This document shows positions 21,185-31,546 of a stretch of DNA of 64,000 nucleotides, one piece after another. The first letter of the stretch is position 1; each line of letters starts with the position of its first letter. Both the position numbers and the translations under genes were made by a program. The notes under the pieces are model-generated. The model was not told the DNA's origin. It saw only the letters and a list, made by a program, of their open reading frames with translations, and did no database searches. The DNA is taken from positions 96,001 through 160,000 of the forward strand of contig CAWJGT010000003.1 of NCBI GenBank assembly GCA_963842525.1, read 5' to 3'. The DNA comes from an uncultured Holophagales bacterium (lineage in GTDB: Bacteria; Acidobacteriota; Thermoanaerobaculia; Multivoradales; UBA5704).

Positions 21185-22267
21185 ATGCGCACGGACGAGC
21201 GCCGCACCCTCGAAGACCTCGGCTGGAGCGACTTCTTCGCGGCGGCCTTCGAGCCCCACGCGAAGCAGGGCCTGGTGCCGGGGCGGGTCGTCCGGGAGGG
21301 CAAGGGAGTCTATGGGGTGTCGACGGGCGAGGGCGACCTCTCGGCGGCGGCGTCCGGACGGCTGTGGCATGGCGAGGAAGGCGTAGGCCGGCCGGCGGTC
21401 GGGGACTGGGTCGCTCTACGACTCCCCACCCTGCCAGAGGAGCCGGGGCTGATCCGTGCCATCCTGCCGCGCAAGAGCAAATTCTCCCGCAAGGCCGCGG
21501 GATCCCGCACCGAAGAGCAGGTGGTGGCGGCCAACGTGGACACGGTCTTCCTGGTGACAGGCCTCGACGGCGACTACAACCTGCGGCGGATCGAGCGCTA
21601 CCTGGCCGTAGCCTGGGACGGCGGCGCCGACTCGGTGATCGTCCTCAACAAGGCCGACCTCGTGCCGGACATCGACGAGGTGGTCCGCGAGGTCGAAACG
21701 GTCGCCCTGGGGGTGCCCATCCACGCCGTCAGCGCCAAGGCGGGGCAGGGGATCGAAGCCCTCGCCGCCTACCTCGAGCCGGGGCGGACCGTGAGCCTCC
21801 TCGGCTCGTCCGGCGCCGGCAAGTCGACGATCATCAACCGGCTCCTCGGCTCCGACGTCCAGCGGGTCGCGGAGGTGCGGGAGAGCGACCAGCGGGGCAG
21901 GCACACCACCACCCACCGCGAGCTCTTCCTGGTCCCCTCCGGCGGGCTCGTCCTCGACACCCCGGGCATGCGCGAGCTCCAGCTCTGGGACGCGGACGAA
22001 GGGATCGAGGCCGCCTTCGCCGACATCGAGGAGCTGGCCCAGGGATGCCGCTTCGGCAACTGCACCCACAATGGCGAGCCCGGCTGCGCCGTCGAAGAAG
22101 CGGTCCAGACCGGCGCGCTCGACCCCGACCGGCTGGAGAGCTGGCGCAAGCTCCAGCGCGAGCAGCACCAGGTCCACCTCCGCCAGGACGGTCTCGCCCG
22201 CCTGCGCGAGAAGCAGCGCATCAAGGCCATCCACAAGGCCGCCAGCCGGTTCCGCCCTAGGGGGTGA
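21185..22267 (+). CDS. rsgA: Ribosome small subunit-dependent GTPase A
   Basis: PAVGDWV, NKADL, GSSGAGKST, GRHTTT, DTPGMRE, CRFGNCTH.EPGC. Confidence 0.95.
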   Translation: MRTDERRTLEDLGWSDFFAAAFEPHAKQGLVPGRVVREGKGVYGVSTGEGDLSAAASGRLWHGEEGVGRPAVGDWVALRLPTLPEEPGLIRAILPRKSKFSRKAAGSRTEEQVVAANVDTVFLVTGLDGDYNLRRIERYLAVAWDGGADSVIVLNKADLVPDIDEVVREVETVALGVPIHAVSAKAGQGIEALAAYLEPGRTVSLLGSSGAGKSTIINRLLGSDVQRVAEVRESDQRGRHTTTHRELFLVPSGGLVLDTPGMRELQLWDADEGIEAAFADIEELAQGCRFGNCTHNGEPGCAVEEAVQTGALDPDRLESWRKLQREQHQVHLRQDGLARLREKQRIKAIHKAASRFRPRG

Positions 22268-22631
22268 GGCGCCAAAGCGGAGCCGGTCAAGGCCTGCGCC
22301 GGATCTCGGCACTGTACTTTCTTGCATTTAGCTTCACCGAATTGCGTCCCGCCGGGTACCATGACGCCTTGTTTGTGGTAATGTTGGCCTACCGCGCAGC
22401 CGTAGCAGGAACTGCCCCGCATCCGATGACGCGCTAGAGGCTTTGGGCTTGAGGGGCGGTGACCATGGCGGATGAAGTACCGGGGGGATGCCCCCTCCGG
22501 AGCCGGGATGCCTGAAGGCTGATGCTGCGCGGACCGTGCATGGACTTGTCGCTAATTTTCGGATCGTCTCCGTCACCCGCCGCGTGGCCTCTAGAGAGGT
22601 GCGCGGGCGTCGCCGTTGAGGAACCCCCAGC

Positions 22632-25600
22632 ATGAACGCACTCCGTCTCGCTCGCACCCGCTCTGGTCTCGCTCTGCTGCTGACCGTCCTGAGCCTCGCT
22701 CTAGCAGCGAGCTTCGTCCCGGCATCCGCCTTCGCTGCCGGTGGTGCAACAGATCCCTACACGCTGGGAGTGTGCCGGATCTACGACAGCCGGGTTAGCG
22801 GCGGTCCGATTGTGATCAACCCTCCGGACCTCGAAGCGATCCGGACGATCCCGGTAATCGGCGGGGCATGCGGTCTGCCGGCCGACACCAGGCACGTTAC
22901 GCTCAACGTGACAGTCGTCGAGGCTACGGCGCCAGGCCAAGTGAGCCTGTCCCCGGGAGACATAGCGCCGCCAGCCCTTCCTCCGGCTCCTCCGGGAGGC
23001 GAAGCGCTAGCGGTGGCAGGACTTTACTTCGATCCTGGTTTCCCGGGGCGTTCTACGCTACCAAACCCGATGACCGTACAGCTCGCAGGAGACGGGAGCG
23101 GCACGATCAAGGTTGCAGCTCGGCTGCGGAATCAGCCCGCTGCAGGTGCTTATCCGCTGAGTTTTCATTTGGTCCTGGACATCAACGCGCACTTCCGGGA
23201 TTCCGCCGTGGCGCAGGATGACGCCCCCCCAGACATTCCAACTGTACCGGAAGATAGCGCCCCCACAACGATTGACGTACGGGCGAACGATCTCGGCCCG
23301 CCGGGCGGCGGACCGTTCAGCATCGACTCCGTGACACAGCCCGCTAACGGAGAGGTGGTCATCACCAACTCCGGCGCGGACCTCACCTACGAACCGAATC
23401 CGGATTACTGCAACAGTCCGGGTGGGACGCCGGACACATTCACCTATACGCTGGAGCCGAGTCCCTCTACGGCCACGGTCAGCATGACGGTGATTTGCAG
23501 CAATGATGCGCCGGTCGTGGATCTCGATCCGGACGACTCGGGCGGCAACCGCCCTGACTTCACAGCCACCTTCACCGAGGGAAGCGGCGGGGTCAAGATC
23601 GGTGACACGGACCTTGCGACAAGCGACGCCGACGACACCAACCTCCAGTCGGCGACGATCACACTGACCAACCGCCCGGACGGCGACGGTGTGGAATCGC
23701 TGAGCGCCGACACGACAGGGACGGCGATCACCGCCCTCTACACGCCGGCGACGGGCGTCCTCGCATTGACGGGCCCGGATACAGTGGCGAACTTCCAGCA
23801 GGTCCTGCGCACGGTCGAGTACGACAACACCTCGATCAACCCCGACACCACGGCGCGTTCGATCACGGTGGTGGCCGACGACGGCGACGACGTGAGTGCC
23901 ACGGTGACGAGCACGATCAACATCGGCGCAACCAACGACGCGCCAGAGCTGACAGCCGGCGGAGTGCTGAACTATGCCGAGGATGATCCGCCGACCGCGA
24001 TCGACACGACGATCACGGTAAGCGATGACGACGATACGAACCTGGAGTCGGCGACGGCGCAGATCACGGGCAACTATCAGAACGGCCAGGACGTGCTGAG
24101 CTTCGTGGACACGCCGAACATCACGGGCGTCTTCACCGCGGCGACGGGGACGCTGACGCTGACGGGGACGGATACGCTGGCGAACTGGCAGACGGCCCTG
24201 CGCAGCGTGCGTTACAACAATACGTCGGACAATCCGTCGACGCTGGCGCGGACGGTGACGTGGATCGCCAGCGACGGCAGCGACCCGAGCGCGCCGGTCA
24301 CCAGCACGATCAACGTCAGCACGACCAACGATGCGCCGGAGCTGACGGCCGGCGGAGTGCTGAGCTATACCGAGAACGATCCACCGGCCGCGATCGATAC
24401 GACGATCACGGTGAGCGATGACGACGACACGAACCTGGAGTCGGCGACGGCGCAGATCACGGGGAACTACCAGAACGGGGCGGACGTGCTGAGCTTCGTG
24501 GACACGCCGAACATCACGGGTGTCTTCACCGCGGCGACCGGTACGCTGACCCTGACGGGGACAGATACGCTGGCGAACTGGCAGACGGCCATGCGCAGCG
24601 TGCGTTACAACAATACGTCGGACAATCCGTCGACGCTGGCGCGGACGGTGACGTGGATCGCCAGCGACGGCAGCGCGTCGAGCACGCCGGTCACCAGCAC
24701 GGTCAACGTCAGCGCGACCAACGACGCGCCAGAGCTGACCGCCGGCGGAGTGCTGAATTATGCCGAGGGTGATCCACCGGCCGCGATCGACACGACGATC
24801 ACGGTGAGCGACGACGACGACACGAACCTGGAGTCGGCGACGGCGCAGATCACTGGGAATTACCAGAACGGGGCGGACGTGCTGAGCTTCGTGAACACGC
24901 CGAACATCACAGGCATCTTCACTCCGGCGACTGGCACGCTGACCCTGACCGGCAGTGACACGCTGACGAACTGGCAGACGGCGTTGCGCAGTGTGCGTTA
25001 CAACAATACGTCGGACAATCCGTCGACGCTGGCGCGGACGGTGACGTGGATCGCCAGCGACGGCAGCGACCCGAGCGCGCCGGTCACCAGCACGATCAAC
25101 GTCAGCACGACCAACGATGCGCCGGAGCTGACGGCCGGCGGAGCACTGACCTATACCGAGAACGATCCGCCGGCCGCGATCGATACGACGATCACGGTGA
25201 GCGATGACGACGATACGAACCTGGAGTCGGCGACGGCGCAGATCACGGGCAACTATCAGAACGGCCAGGACGTGCTGAGCTTCGTGAACACGCCGAACAT
25301 CACGGCCATCTTCACCGCGGCGACGGGGACGCTGACGCTGACCGGGTCGGACACGCTGGCGAACTGGCAGACGGCCCTGCGCAGCGTGCGCTACCACAAC
25401 ACCTCGGACAACCCATCGACGCTGGCGCGGACGGTGACGTGGATCGCCAACGACGGAGACGCGTCGAGCACGCCGGTCACCAGCACGATCAACATCAGCG
25501 CAGTCAACGATGCGCCGGAGCTGACGGCCGGCGGAGCGCTGAGCTATACCGAGAACGATCCGCCGACCGCGATCGATACGACGATCACGGTGAACGACGA

Positions 25601-28600
25601 CGACAACACGAACCTGCAGTCGGCGACGGCGCAGATCACGATGAACTATCAGAACGGCCAGGACGTGCTGAGCTTCGTGAACACGCCGAATATCACGGCA
25701 GTCTTCACCGCGGCGACGGGGACGCTGACGCTGACCGGGTCGGACACGCTGGCGAACTGGCAGACGGCCCTGCGCAGCGTGCGCTACCACAACACCTCGG
25801 ACAATCCATCTACGCTGACGCGGACGGTGACCTGGATCGCCAGCGACGGCAGCGCCTTGAGCACGCCGGTGACGAGCACGATCAACGTCACGGCGGTGCC
25901 TGACGCGCCGACCTGCAACCCGCTGCCGGGCGCCTTGAACTACAGCACGCCCGGCAACACACAGCTCCACGCCGCTGGCGCTACGCTGCCTGGAGTGACA
26001 TCGATCAGCGACCCCAAAAACGCTCTGACCGCGGCGAATGCCACTGACGCGGACGGTCCGCCGCCGATCACTGTCGTCCCGTTCTCGGGCAACACATCCG
26101 GAGGCGATTGGGTTCTGAATGGCGACGGCTCGTTCACGTTCGTACCAAACGCTGGCTTTACCGGGCCGGCGACCTTGGCCTTCCAGGTCAAGGACAACGG
26201 GGGGGCGACGGGCAGTTGCGCCACGATCAACGTCAACGTGGGGCCGAGGGTCTGGTACATCCACGATGTGGTCGATGGAAACAACCCGGCAGGCGGCGAC
26301 GGCCGCTCTACGAACGCTTTCGACAGTGTCACGGCGTTCAACACCGCGGCCACGGACAACAACGGCGACATCATCTTCGTGTTCGAAGGGAACACCGGCG
26401 CGACGCCGCACACCGGGAGCATTACGCTCAAGGACGGCCAGAAGCTCTGGGGTCAGGGGATCGCCCTCAACGTACCTGGCTTCGGCACGCCGCTGGTGAC
26501 CGCGACCAACAAGCCTCGGATCCGGACGACGACCGCAAGCACCAATGTCGTCTCCGTCCCCGCGACCGCCGGCAACCGGAGCAACGTCGAGATCCGCGGT
26601 CTCGATCTCGAGGCGACCGGTGCCACCTCGAACGCCATCGACGTGACCTCCTCCGGCGGCAACACCGTGGGGATCACGATCAACGACAACAACGTCCGCG
26701 GCGCCACGGCCGAAGGCATCGATCTCAACGCTGGCGCCACGGCCGCGTTCTCGGCGACCGTTCAGAACAACACGGTCACCGCGGCTGGTAACGGTATTGA
26801 CACCCGGGTGAGCTCGACGGGCACGACGACCGTGACGGCGTCGAGCAACATGATCACCTCCACGGGCGGCAACGCCTTCGACGCACGGACCCTCGCGGGG
26901 GCGAGCGCGCTGCGGGTGGCTCTCGACAGCAGCAACGTCGCGGCGGCGGGCACCGGCATCCTCATCGACGGCTCGGTCGCCGGTACGACGACCATCACCG
27001 GCTTCGCGAATAACGTGGTCGATGGCAGCACGGTAGGCACCGGTATCAGCATCACAAGCGCCACCTTCGACGCCAATACGACCACGGCGGGCTTCCAGCA
27101 GGTCTCGGGCGGCAACACAGTTGTGGGAGCCACGGGGGTGGGCAACGGAGTTGGCGGCTCGGGCATCTTTATGACGAATGTGGCCGGCGATCTCGCCTTC
27201 ACCGATTTGAGTGTCTTCGCCGAGGGCGTGGGCGGCACCGGTCTGCGCATCAACGGCACCGGCGCGGTGAACACGGGGGCAGGCACGGGTACTCGGGTGA
27301 CCGTGAACAGCGCCGCTCCGGGGAGGATCATCGAGGCGACCGGCGGGCCGGCCGTGGACGTCAACAACGCGACGATCGATCTCCAGCTCTCGAGCCTCAA
27401 GAGCACCACCACCAGCACCGGCGTGTCGCTAGTGAACGTCTCCGATGGTTCAACGACGAACGCCTTCTTCTCGGCACCGTCCGGTAGCAGCATCACGGCA
27501 AGCTCCGGGGCCGGTCCGGCCTTCAACGTCAGCGGCGGCAACGCGAAGATCACCTACGGCGGCACGATCACCAACAACGGCACCGGCCGGGCCGTATCCA
27601 TCGCAACTTGGAGTGGCGACGACGCCGTACCCGGCGACGACCTGCTGCTCTCAGGTGCTATCGACGAGAACGGCGCCGGTATTCTAGTGAATGGCAACGG
27701 CGGCAGTCGCTCGATCACCTTCAGCGGTGGGATGGATATTGACACCACGACCGGCGAGGGCTTCGCTGCGACGAGCAACACCAACACTGGTGGGCTGCAT
27801 ATCACTGGCACAAACGATATCACCTCGACCAGCGCCACCGCGCTGCGCGTCACCAGTACCACCATCGGTTCGTCGAATCTAAACTTCCGCAACATCTCGT
27901 CCGGCAACAACACTGCTGCCGCCGACCCGGCGAGCGGCATTGTGCTCAGCAACACGGGTTCGTTGGGTGGACTGACAGTGACGGGCACTGGCAGTGCCGA
28001 TAGCGGTGGCATCATTCAGAACACCACGAGCCATGGTATATCGCTGACCAGCACGCTGAGCCCGTCGTTCAGCCGGATGCGGATTCAGAACACGGCGGGC
28101 AATGGTGTCAGGGGTACGCAGGTAACCAACTTCACGTTTACAAACGGCACGATCGACAACTCTGGTACTGACCTTGCCGCCGAAAGGTCGAACATCGCGT
28201 TCAACGATACTGCGGCAGGGACGGAGAACAACCTCTCAGGGACAGTTACGATCACCGGAAACACGCTAACGAACGCCTACTACCACGGGGTGGATATCTT
28301 CAACTTCAACGGCACGATCGCCGACGCCACCATCTCGAGCAACACGATCACCAGCACGAGCTCGACGGCGACGTCGAAGGGCTCGGGCATCCGCTTCGTC
28401 GCGTTCGGCTCCGCGACAACCGTTGCCAACGTCACCAAGGCGACGATCGCCAACAACGTCGTCTCCAACTTCCCGAGCGCCACCGGGATCCAAGCGCAGG
28501 GCGGCAACGGGAACGCCGCCGGACCGGCCGGCGTCTTCGGGACCTCGGGAAGTGCCACGAACGTCATCGCGATCACCGGGAATCGCGTCGCGGGGTTCAG

Positions 28601-29291
28601 CCCAGCGATCAGATTGGGCGCCTTTGCGATCCTCGCGAACGTCAACGGCAAGGGCCAAGGGAACTTCGACATCTCGGGCAACGGCACTGCGGCCAACCCG
28701 GTGACAAACGTCATTGGCAATGCGATTTCGCAGGGCTCTTTCGGACAGGCGATCGTCACCTCGAACATCAACAACAACGTCATCGTTGCGAATAACCAAG
28801 CCGGCGCGCAGGGCATCGGCGCCGGTACGAGCCAGACCTTCGGAGCCGCCGATACGCCGAGCCTGACGGTCACGATTTCGAACAACCAGATCAGCCAGAC
28901 CGACGGCAACGGTATCCTCGTGACAGCGCGCGACGCCACAGGGACGGTCCGGGCGAAGATCCAGAACAACACCGTAGCAGCGCCTCTTGGCGGAAATAGG
29001 AACGGCATCCGGGTGGACGCCGGCAACGCCGTGAGCGTCAACGACTCCGTGTGCCTGAACATCTCGGGTAACACCAGCGCAGGCGTCGGCCTCTCTCCGG
29101 AGGGTATCGGTCTTCGCAAGCAGGGAACCATTGCGGCTACCAACAACTTCGCCCTTCACGGGTTTGCGACTTCCCCTGCCAACCAGGCGCAGACTGCGGC
29201 CTACTCCACATCTCAGAATCCGGGGAGCGCGAGTGGGACGTTGATCATCAGCGGCGACAACTTCAATTCCCCAACCTGCTCGTTCCCGTGA
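22632..29291 (+). CDS. Giant secreted adhesin-like protein (2219 aa): signal peptide, N-terminal beta domain, Ig/cadherin-like repeats, parallel beta-helix region
   Basis: Signal peptide ending ASAFA; NDAP-bounded repeats; T/N/G/S-rich C-terminal half with I.NN.I motifs. Confidence 0.88.
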   Translation: MNALRLARTRSGLALLLTVLSLALAASFVPASAFAAGGATDPYTLGVCRIYDSRVSGGPIVINPPDLEAIRTIPVIGGACGLPADTRHVTLNVTVVEATAPGQVSLSPGDIAPPALPPAPPGGEALAVAGLYFDPGFPGRSTLPNPMTVQLAGDGSGTIKVAARLRNQPAAGAYPLSFHLVLDINAHFRDSAVAQDDAPPDIPTVPEDSAPTTIDVRANDLGPPGGGPFSIDSVTQPANGEVVITNSGADLTYEPNPDYCNSPGGTPDTFTYTLEPSPSTATVSMTVICSNDAPVVDLDPDDSGGNRPDFTATFTEGSGGVKIGDTDLATSDADDTNLQSATITLTNRPDGDGVESLSADTTGTAITALYTPATGVLALTGPDTVANFQQVLRTVEYDNTSINPDTTARSITVVADDGDDVSATVTSTINIGATNDAPELTAGGVLNYAEDDPPTAIDTTITVSDDDDTNLESATAQITGNYQNGQDVLSFVDTPNITGVFTAATGTLTLTGTDTLANWQTALRSVRYNNTSDNPSTLARTVTWIASDGSDPSAPVTSTINVSTTNDAPELTAGGVLSYTENDPPAAIDTTITVSDDDDTNLESATAQITGNYQNGADVLSFVDTPNITGVFTAATGTLTLTGTDTLANWQTAMRSVRYNNTSDNPSTLARTVTWIASDGSASSTPVTSTVNVSATNDAPELTAGGVLNYAEGDPPAAIDTTITVSDDDDTNLESATAQITGNYQNGADVLSFVNTPNITGIFTPATGTLTLTGSDTLTNWQTALRSVRYNNTSDNPSTLARTVTWIASDGSDPSAPVTSTINVSTTNDAPELTAGGALTYTENDPPAAIDTTITVSDDDDTNLESATAQITGNYQNGQDVLSFVNTPNITAIFTAATGTLTLTGSDTLANWQTALRSVRYHNTSDNPSTLARTVTWIANDGDASSTPVTSTINISAVNDAPELTAGGALSYTENDPPTAIDTTITVNDDDNTNLQSATAQITMNYQNGQDVLSFVNTPNITAVFTAATGTLTLTGSDTLANWQTALRSVRYHNTSDNPSTLTRTVTWIASDGSALSTPVTSTINVTAVPDAPTCNPLPGALNYSTPGNTQLHAAGATLPGVTSISDPKNALTAANATDADGPPPITVVPFSGNTSGGDWVLNGDGSFTFVPNAGFTGPATLAFQVKDNGGATGSCATINVNVGPRVWYIHDVVDGNNPAGGDGRSTNAFDSVTAFNTAATDNNGDIIFVFEGNTGATPHTGSITLKDGQKLWGQGIALNVPGFGTPLVTATNKPRIRTTTASTNVVSVPATAGNRSNVEIRGLDLEATGATSNAIDVTSSGGNTVGITINDNNVRGATAEGIDLNAGATAAFSATVQNNTVTAAGNGIDTRVSSTGTTTVTASSNMITSTGGNAFDARTLAGASALRVALDSSNVAAAGTGILIDGSVAGTTTITGFANNVVDGSTVGTGISITSATFDANTTTAGFQQVSGGNTVVGATGVGNGVGGSGIFMTNVAGDLAFTDLSVFAEGVGGTGLRINGTGAVNTGAGTGTRVTVNSAAPGRIIEATGGPAVDVNNATIDLQLSSLKSTTTSTGVSLVNVSDGSTTNAFFSAPSGSSITASSGAGPAFNVSGGNAKITYGGTITNNGTGRAVSIATWSGDDAVPGDDLLLSGAIDENGAGILVNGNGGSRSITFSGGMDIDTTTGEGFAATSNTNTGGLHITGTNDITSTSATALRVTSTTIGSSNLNFRNISSGNNTAAADPASGIVLSNTGSLGGLTVTGTGSADSGGIIQNTTSHGISLTSTLSPSFSRMRIQNTAGNGVRGTQVTNFTFTNGTIDNSGTDLAAERSNIAFNDTAAGTENNLSGTVTITGNTLTNAYYHGVDIFNFNGTIADATISSNTITSTSSTATSKGSGIRFVAFGSATTVANVTKATIANNVVSNFPSATGIQAQGGNGNAAGPAGVFGTSGSATNVIAITGNRVAGFSPAIRLGAFAILANVNGKGQGNFDISGNGTAANPVTNVIGNAISQGSFGQAIVTSNINNNVIVANNQAGAQGIGAGTSQTFGAADTPSLTVTISNNQISQTDGNGILVTARDATGTVRAKIQNNTVAAPLGGNRNGIRVDAGNAVSVNDSVCLNISGNTSAGVGLSPEGIGLRKQGTIAATNNFALHGFATSPANQAQTAAYSTSQNPGSASGTLIISGDNFNSPTCSFP
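23934..25898 (+). repeat. Five near-identical 393-bp (131-aa) intragenic tandem repeats, plus one diverged copy upstream
   Basis: NDAPELTAGG starts at 23934, 24327, 24720, 25113 and 25506. Confidence 0.95.
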
Positions 29292-29388
29292 GGGGAGAGG
29301 AGCCGGGAAGGTCGGAATCGTACTTTGGGAGAGGAAACAGTAGCCGATCCGGAGCCCGACGAGCTCCAGAAAAGGAGGAGGAGGGAGA

Positions 29389-29895
29389 ATGGCGGAACCG
29401 TTCTTGTCCGAGATACGGATCATGAGCTTTGTCTACGCCCCGAAAGGTTGGGCCCTCTGCAATGGGCAGCTCCTGCCCATCAATCAGAACCAGGCGCTCT
29501 TCTCACTGCTTGGCACCACCTTCGGCGGTGACGGTCGCGTGAACTTTGCGCTTCCTGATCTGCGTGGCAGGACACCCATCCATGTCGGCTCCGGTCACAC
29601 ACTGGGCGAGCGCGGAGGCGAGCAGGCTCATACGCTCTCAATCGCAGAGCTCCCCGAGCACGTCCACGTGTGGAACGCGAATGGGTCACCCGCGACGACC
29701 AATACGCCCACCAACGCGCTGTTGTTAGCGGGGTCCACGGGCGAGCAGGCCTGGGGGCCGGCCACCAACCTGGTCGCCATGAGCCCGGCGACGATCCTCA
29801 ACGTGGGCGGCTCACAAGCACACCTGAACATGCAACCTTTTTTAACCCTCAGCTTCTGCATCGCCCTGCAGGGCATCTTCCCGAGCCCGAACTAG
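29389..29895 (+). CDS. Phage tail-collar domain protein 1 (MdpB-like)
   Basis: PFLSEIR..F..AP.GWALCNGQLLPI.QNQALFSLLGTTFGGDG..NFALPDLRGR; C-terminal H.NMQPFL..FCIALQGIFP. Confidence 0.92.
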   Translation: MAEPFLSEIRIMSFVYAPKGWALCNGQLLPINQNQALFSLLGTTFGGDGRVNFALPDLRGRTPIHVGSGHTLGERGGEQAHTLSIAELPEHVHVWNANGSPATTNTPTNALLLAGSTGEQAWGPATNLVAMSPATILNVGGSQAHLNMQPFLTLSFCIALQGIFPSPN

Positions 29896-29908
29896 GAGGA
29901 GAGCCGCA

Positions 29909-30418
29909 ATGGCACAACCATATGTCGGTGAGATCCGCATGTTTGCCGGGAACTTCGCTCCCGCCGGATGGATGTTCTGCGAGGGGCAACTCCTGCCAAT
30001 CTCCGAGAACGAGACGCTCTTTCAACTGATCGGGACGACCTATGGCGGCGATGGAGAGTCGACCTTCGCTCTGCCCGACCTGAGGGGCCGCATCCCGATC
30101 CACCAAGGGAACGGCTTCATCCTGGCGGAAACTGGGGGTGCGGAGGAGATCACGCTGACCGTCAATCAAATCCCCGCGCACTCCCACGCCGCGCTCGGGT
30201 CGACGAACACGGGCACCGGGACGGCGCCGCTGAACAGCGTGCTGTGCAACTTGGCAGGCGCCACCAACGCGGGCTACGGGACGGACAACCCGCAAACCAA
30301 CCTGAGCCCGCAGAGCGTGTCGCCGGTCGGTGGAAGCCAGCCACACACGAACTTCCAGCCCTACCTGTGCGTCGATTTCATCATTTCATTGTTCGGGATC
30401 TTCCCGAGCCCGACCTAG
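29909..30418 (+). CDS. Phage tail-collar domain protein 2
   Basis: PYVGEIRMFAGNFAPAGWMFCEGQLL..TTYGGDG..FALPDLRGR; RBS AGGAGG. Confidence 0.92.
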   Translation: MAQPYVGEIRMFAGNFAPAGWMFCEGQLLPISENETLFQLIGTTYGGDGESTFALPDLRGRIPIHQGNGFILAETGGAEEITLTVNQIPAHSHAALGSTNTGTGTAPLNSVLCNLAGATNAGYGTDNPQTNLSPQSVSPVGGSQPHTNFQPYLCVDFIISLFGIFPSPT

Positions 30419-30426
30419 GAGGAGAC

Positions 30427-30945
30427 ATGGCGGATCCGTTCGTTGCGGAAATCCGGATCTTTCCGTTCAACTTCGCACCCAGGGGATGGGCATGGTGCGA
30501 TGGGCAGTTGATGCCGCTGTCGCAGAACACGGCGTTGTTCTCGTTGTTGGGTACCACCTATGGGGGAGACGGCAAGTCCAACTTCGCGCTGCCGGACCTC
30601 CAAGGCCGAGCTCCAATGCACCCCGGCCAAGGTCCAGGACTCTCACTGCACGACCTCGGAGAGACCGGGGGTAGCGAGACGGTCACCCTGCTCGAAAGTG
30701 AGATTCCATCGCACAGCCATGCCCTGCGAGCCTCCGCGCAGGACGGGACGACGCGCATCGTAGCCGGACAACAACCGGCAACGGGTATCGGAGTTTCTTT
30801 CTATGGGCCGCAGCCCTCGACCGTGACCCTTAGTCCCAGTGCGCTTACACCCGCCGGTGGCGACCAGCCGCACAACAACCTTCAGCCATACCTGACTTTC
30901 TACTTCTGCATCGCGCTCCAGGGCGTCTTCCCGCCCCGGGGCTGA
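30427..30945 (+). CDS. Phage tail-collar domain protein 3
   Basis: DPFVAEIRIFPFNFAPRGWAWCDGQL..NFALPDLQGR..HNNLQPYL; RBS AGGAGG. Confidence 0.92.
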   Translation: MADPFVAEIRIFPFNFAPRGWAWCDGQLMPLSQNTALFSLLGTTYGGDGKSNFALPDLQGRAPMHPGQGPGLSLHDLGETGGSETVTLLESEIPSHSHALRASAQDGTTRIVAGQQPATGIGVSFYGPQPSTVTLSPSALTPAGGDQPHNNLQPYLTFYFCIALQGVFPPRG

Positions 30946-31021
30946 CCAACGAGCTACACCGGGCGGCGGCTGGATGAGCCGCCGCCTTTGCATAGATGCT
31001 TTTATTTATCTGTTCGCAGAG

Positions 31022-31546
31022 ATGATCGCCGAGAGACCAGCGCCACCGTCCGTCGTCCTCCGTCCGATCACGGCGGAGGACATGGATTTCCTTCTCCGGC
31101 TCTATCGCAGCACCCGGGAAGAGGAGCTGGCGATGGTCGTGGACTGGTCCGAGGAGCAGAAGGACTGGTTCATCCGCATGCAGTTCAACGCCCAGCATGC
31201 GTGGTACCAGGAGCATTACGTCGGGGCTTCCTTCGACGTGATCCTGGTCGATGGCGAGCCTGCCGGACGCCTCTATGTCCACCGGCGCGAACGCGAGATC
31301 CGGCTGGTGGACATTTCCTTCCTGCCTGAGCTTCGCAACCGCGGTCTTGGCTCGGCTCTTCTGCACGGCCTCATGGCGGAGGCCGAGGCGGCGGGAAAAC
31401 CGCTCACGATTCATGTCGAGAAATACAACCCCGCCATGCGCCTTTACGAGCGGCTCGGCTTCAAACCCATCGGCGAGACCGGGCCGTATGACCTCATGGA
31501 ATGGAAGGCGCCTGGGGCGGCTGATCAGTTGAACACCGCCTCATAG
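31022..31546 (+). CDS. GNAT-family N-acetyltransferase
   Basis: Acetyl-CoA motif LPELRNRGLGSALL and NPA.RLYERLGF. Confidence 0.9.
   Translation: MIAERPAPPSVVLRPITAEDMDFLLRLYRSTREEELAMVVDWSEEQKDWFIRMQFNAQHAWYQEHYVGASFDVILVDGEPAGRLYVHRREREIRLVDISFLPELRNRGLGSALLHGLMAEAEAAGKPLTIHVEKYNPAMRLYERLGFKPIGETGPYDLMEWKAPGAADQLNTAS

Noticed and set aside
22405-22520. Cobalamin riboswitch
   Set aside because: ACTGCCCCGCA and GAGCCGGGATGCCTG resemble parts of it, but the GGGAA..GGTG.AA.TCC and GCCACTG elements are missing and the downstream gene is unrelated.
29389-30945. Prophage or tailocin
   Set aside because: No terminase, capsid, sheath, tube, baseplate or lysis genes in the window.
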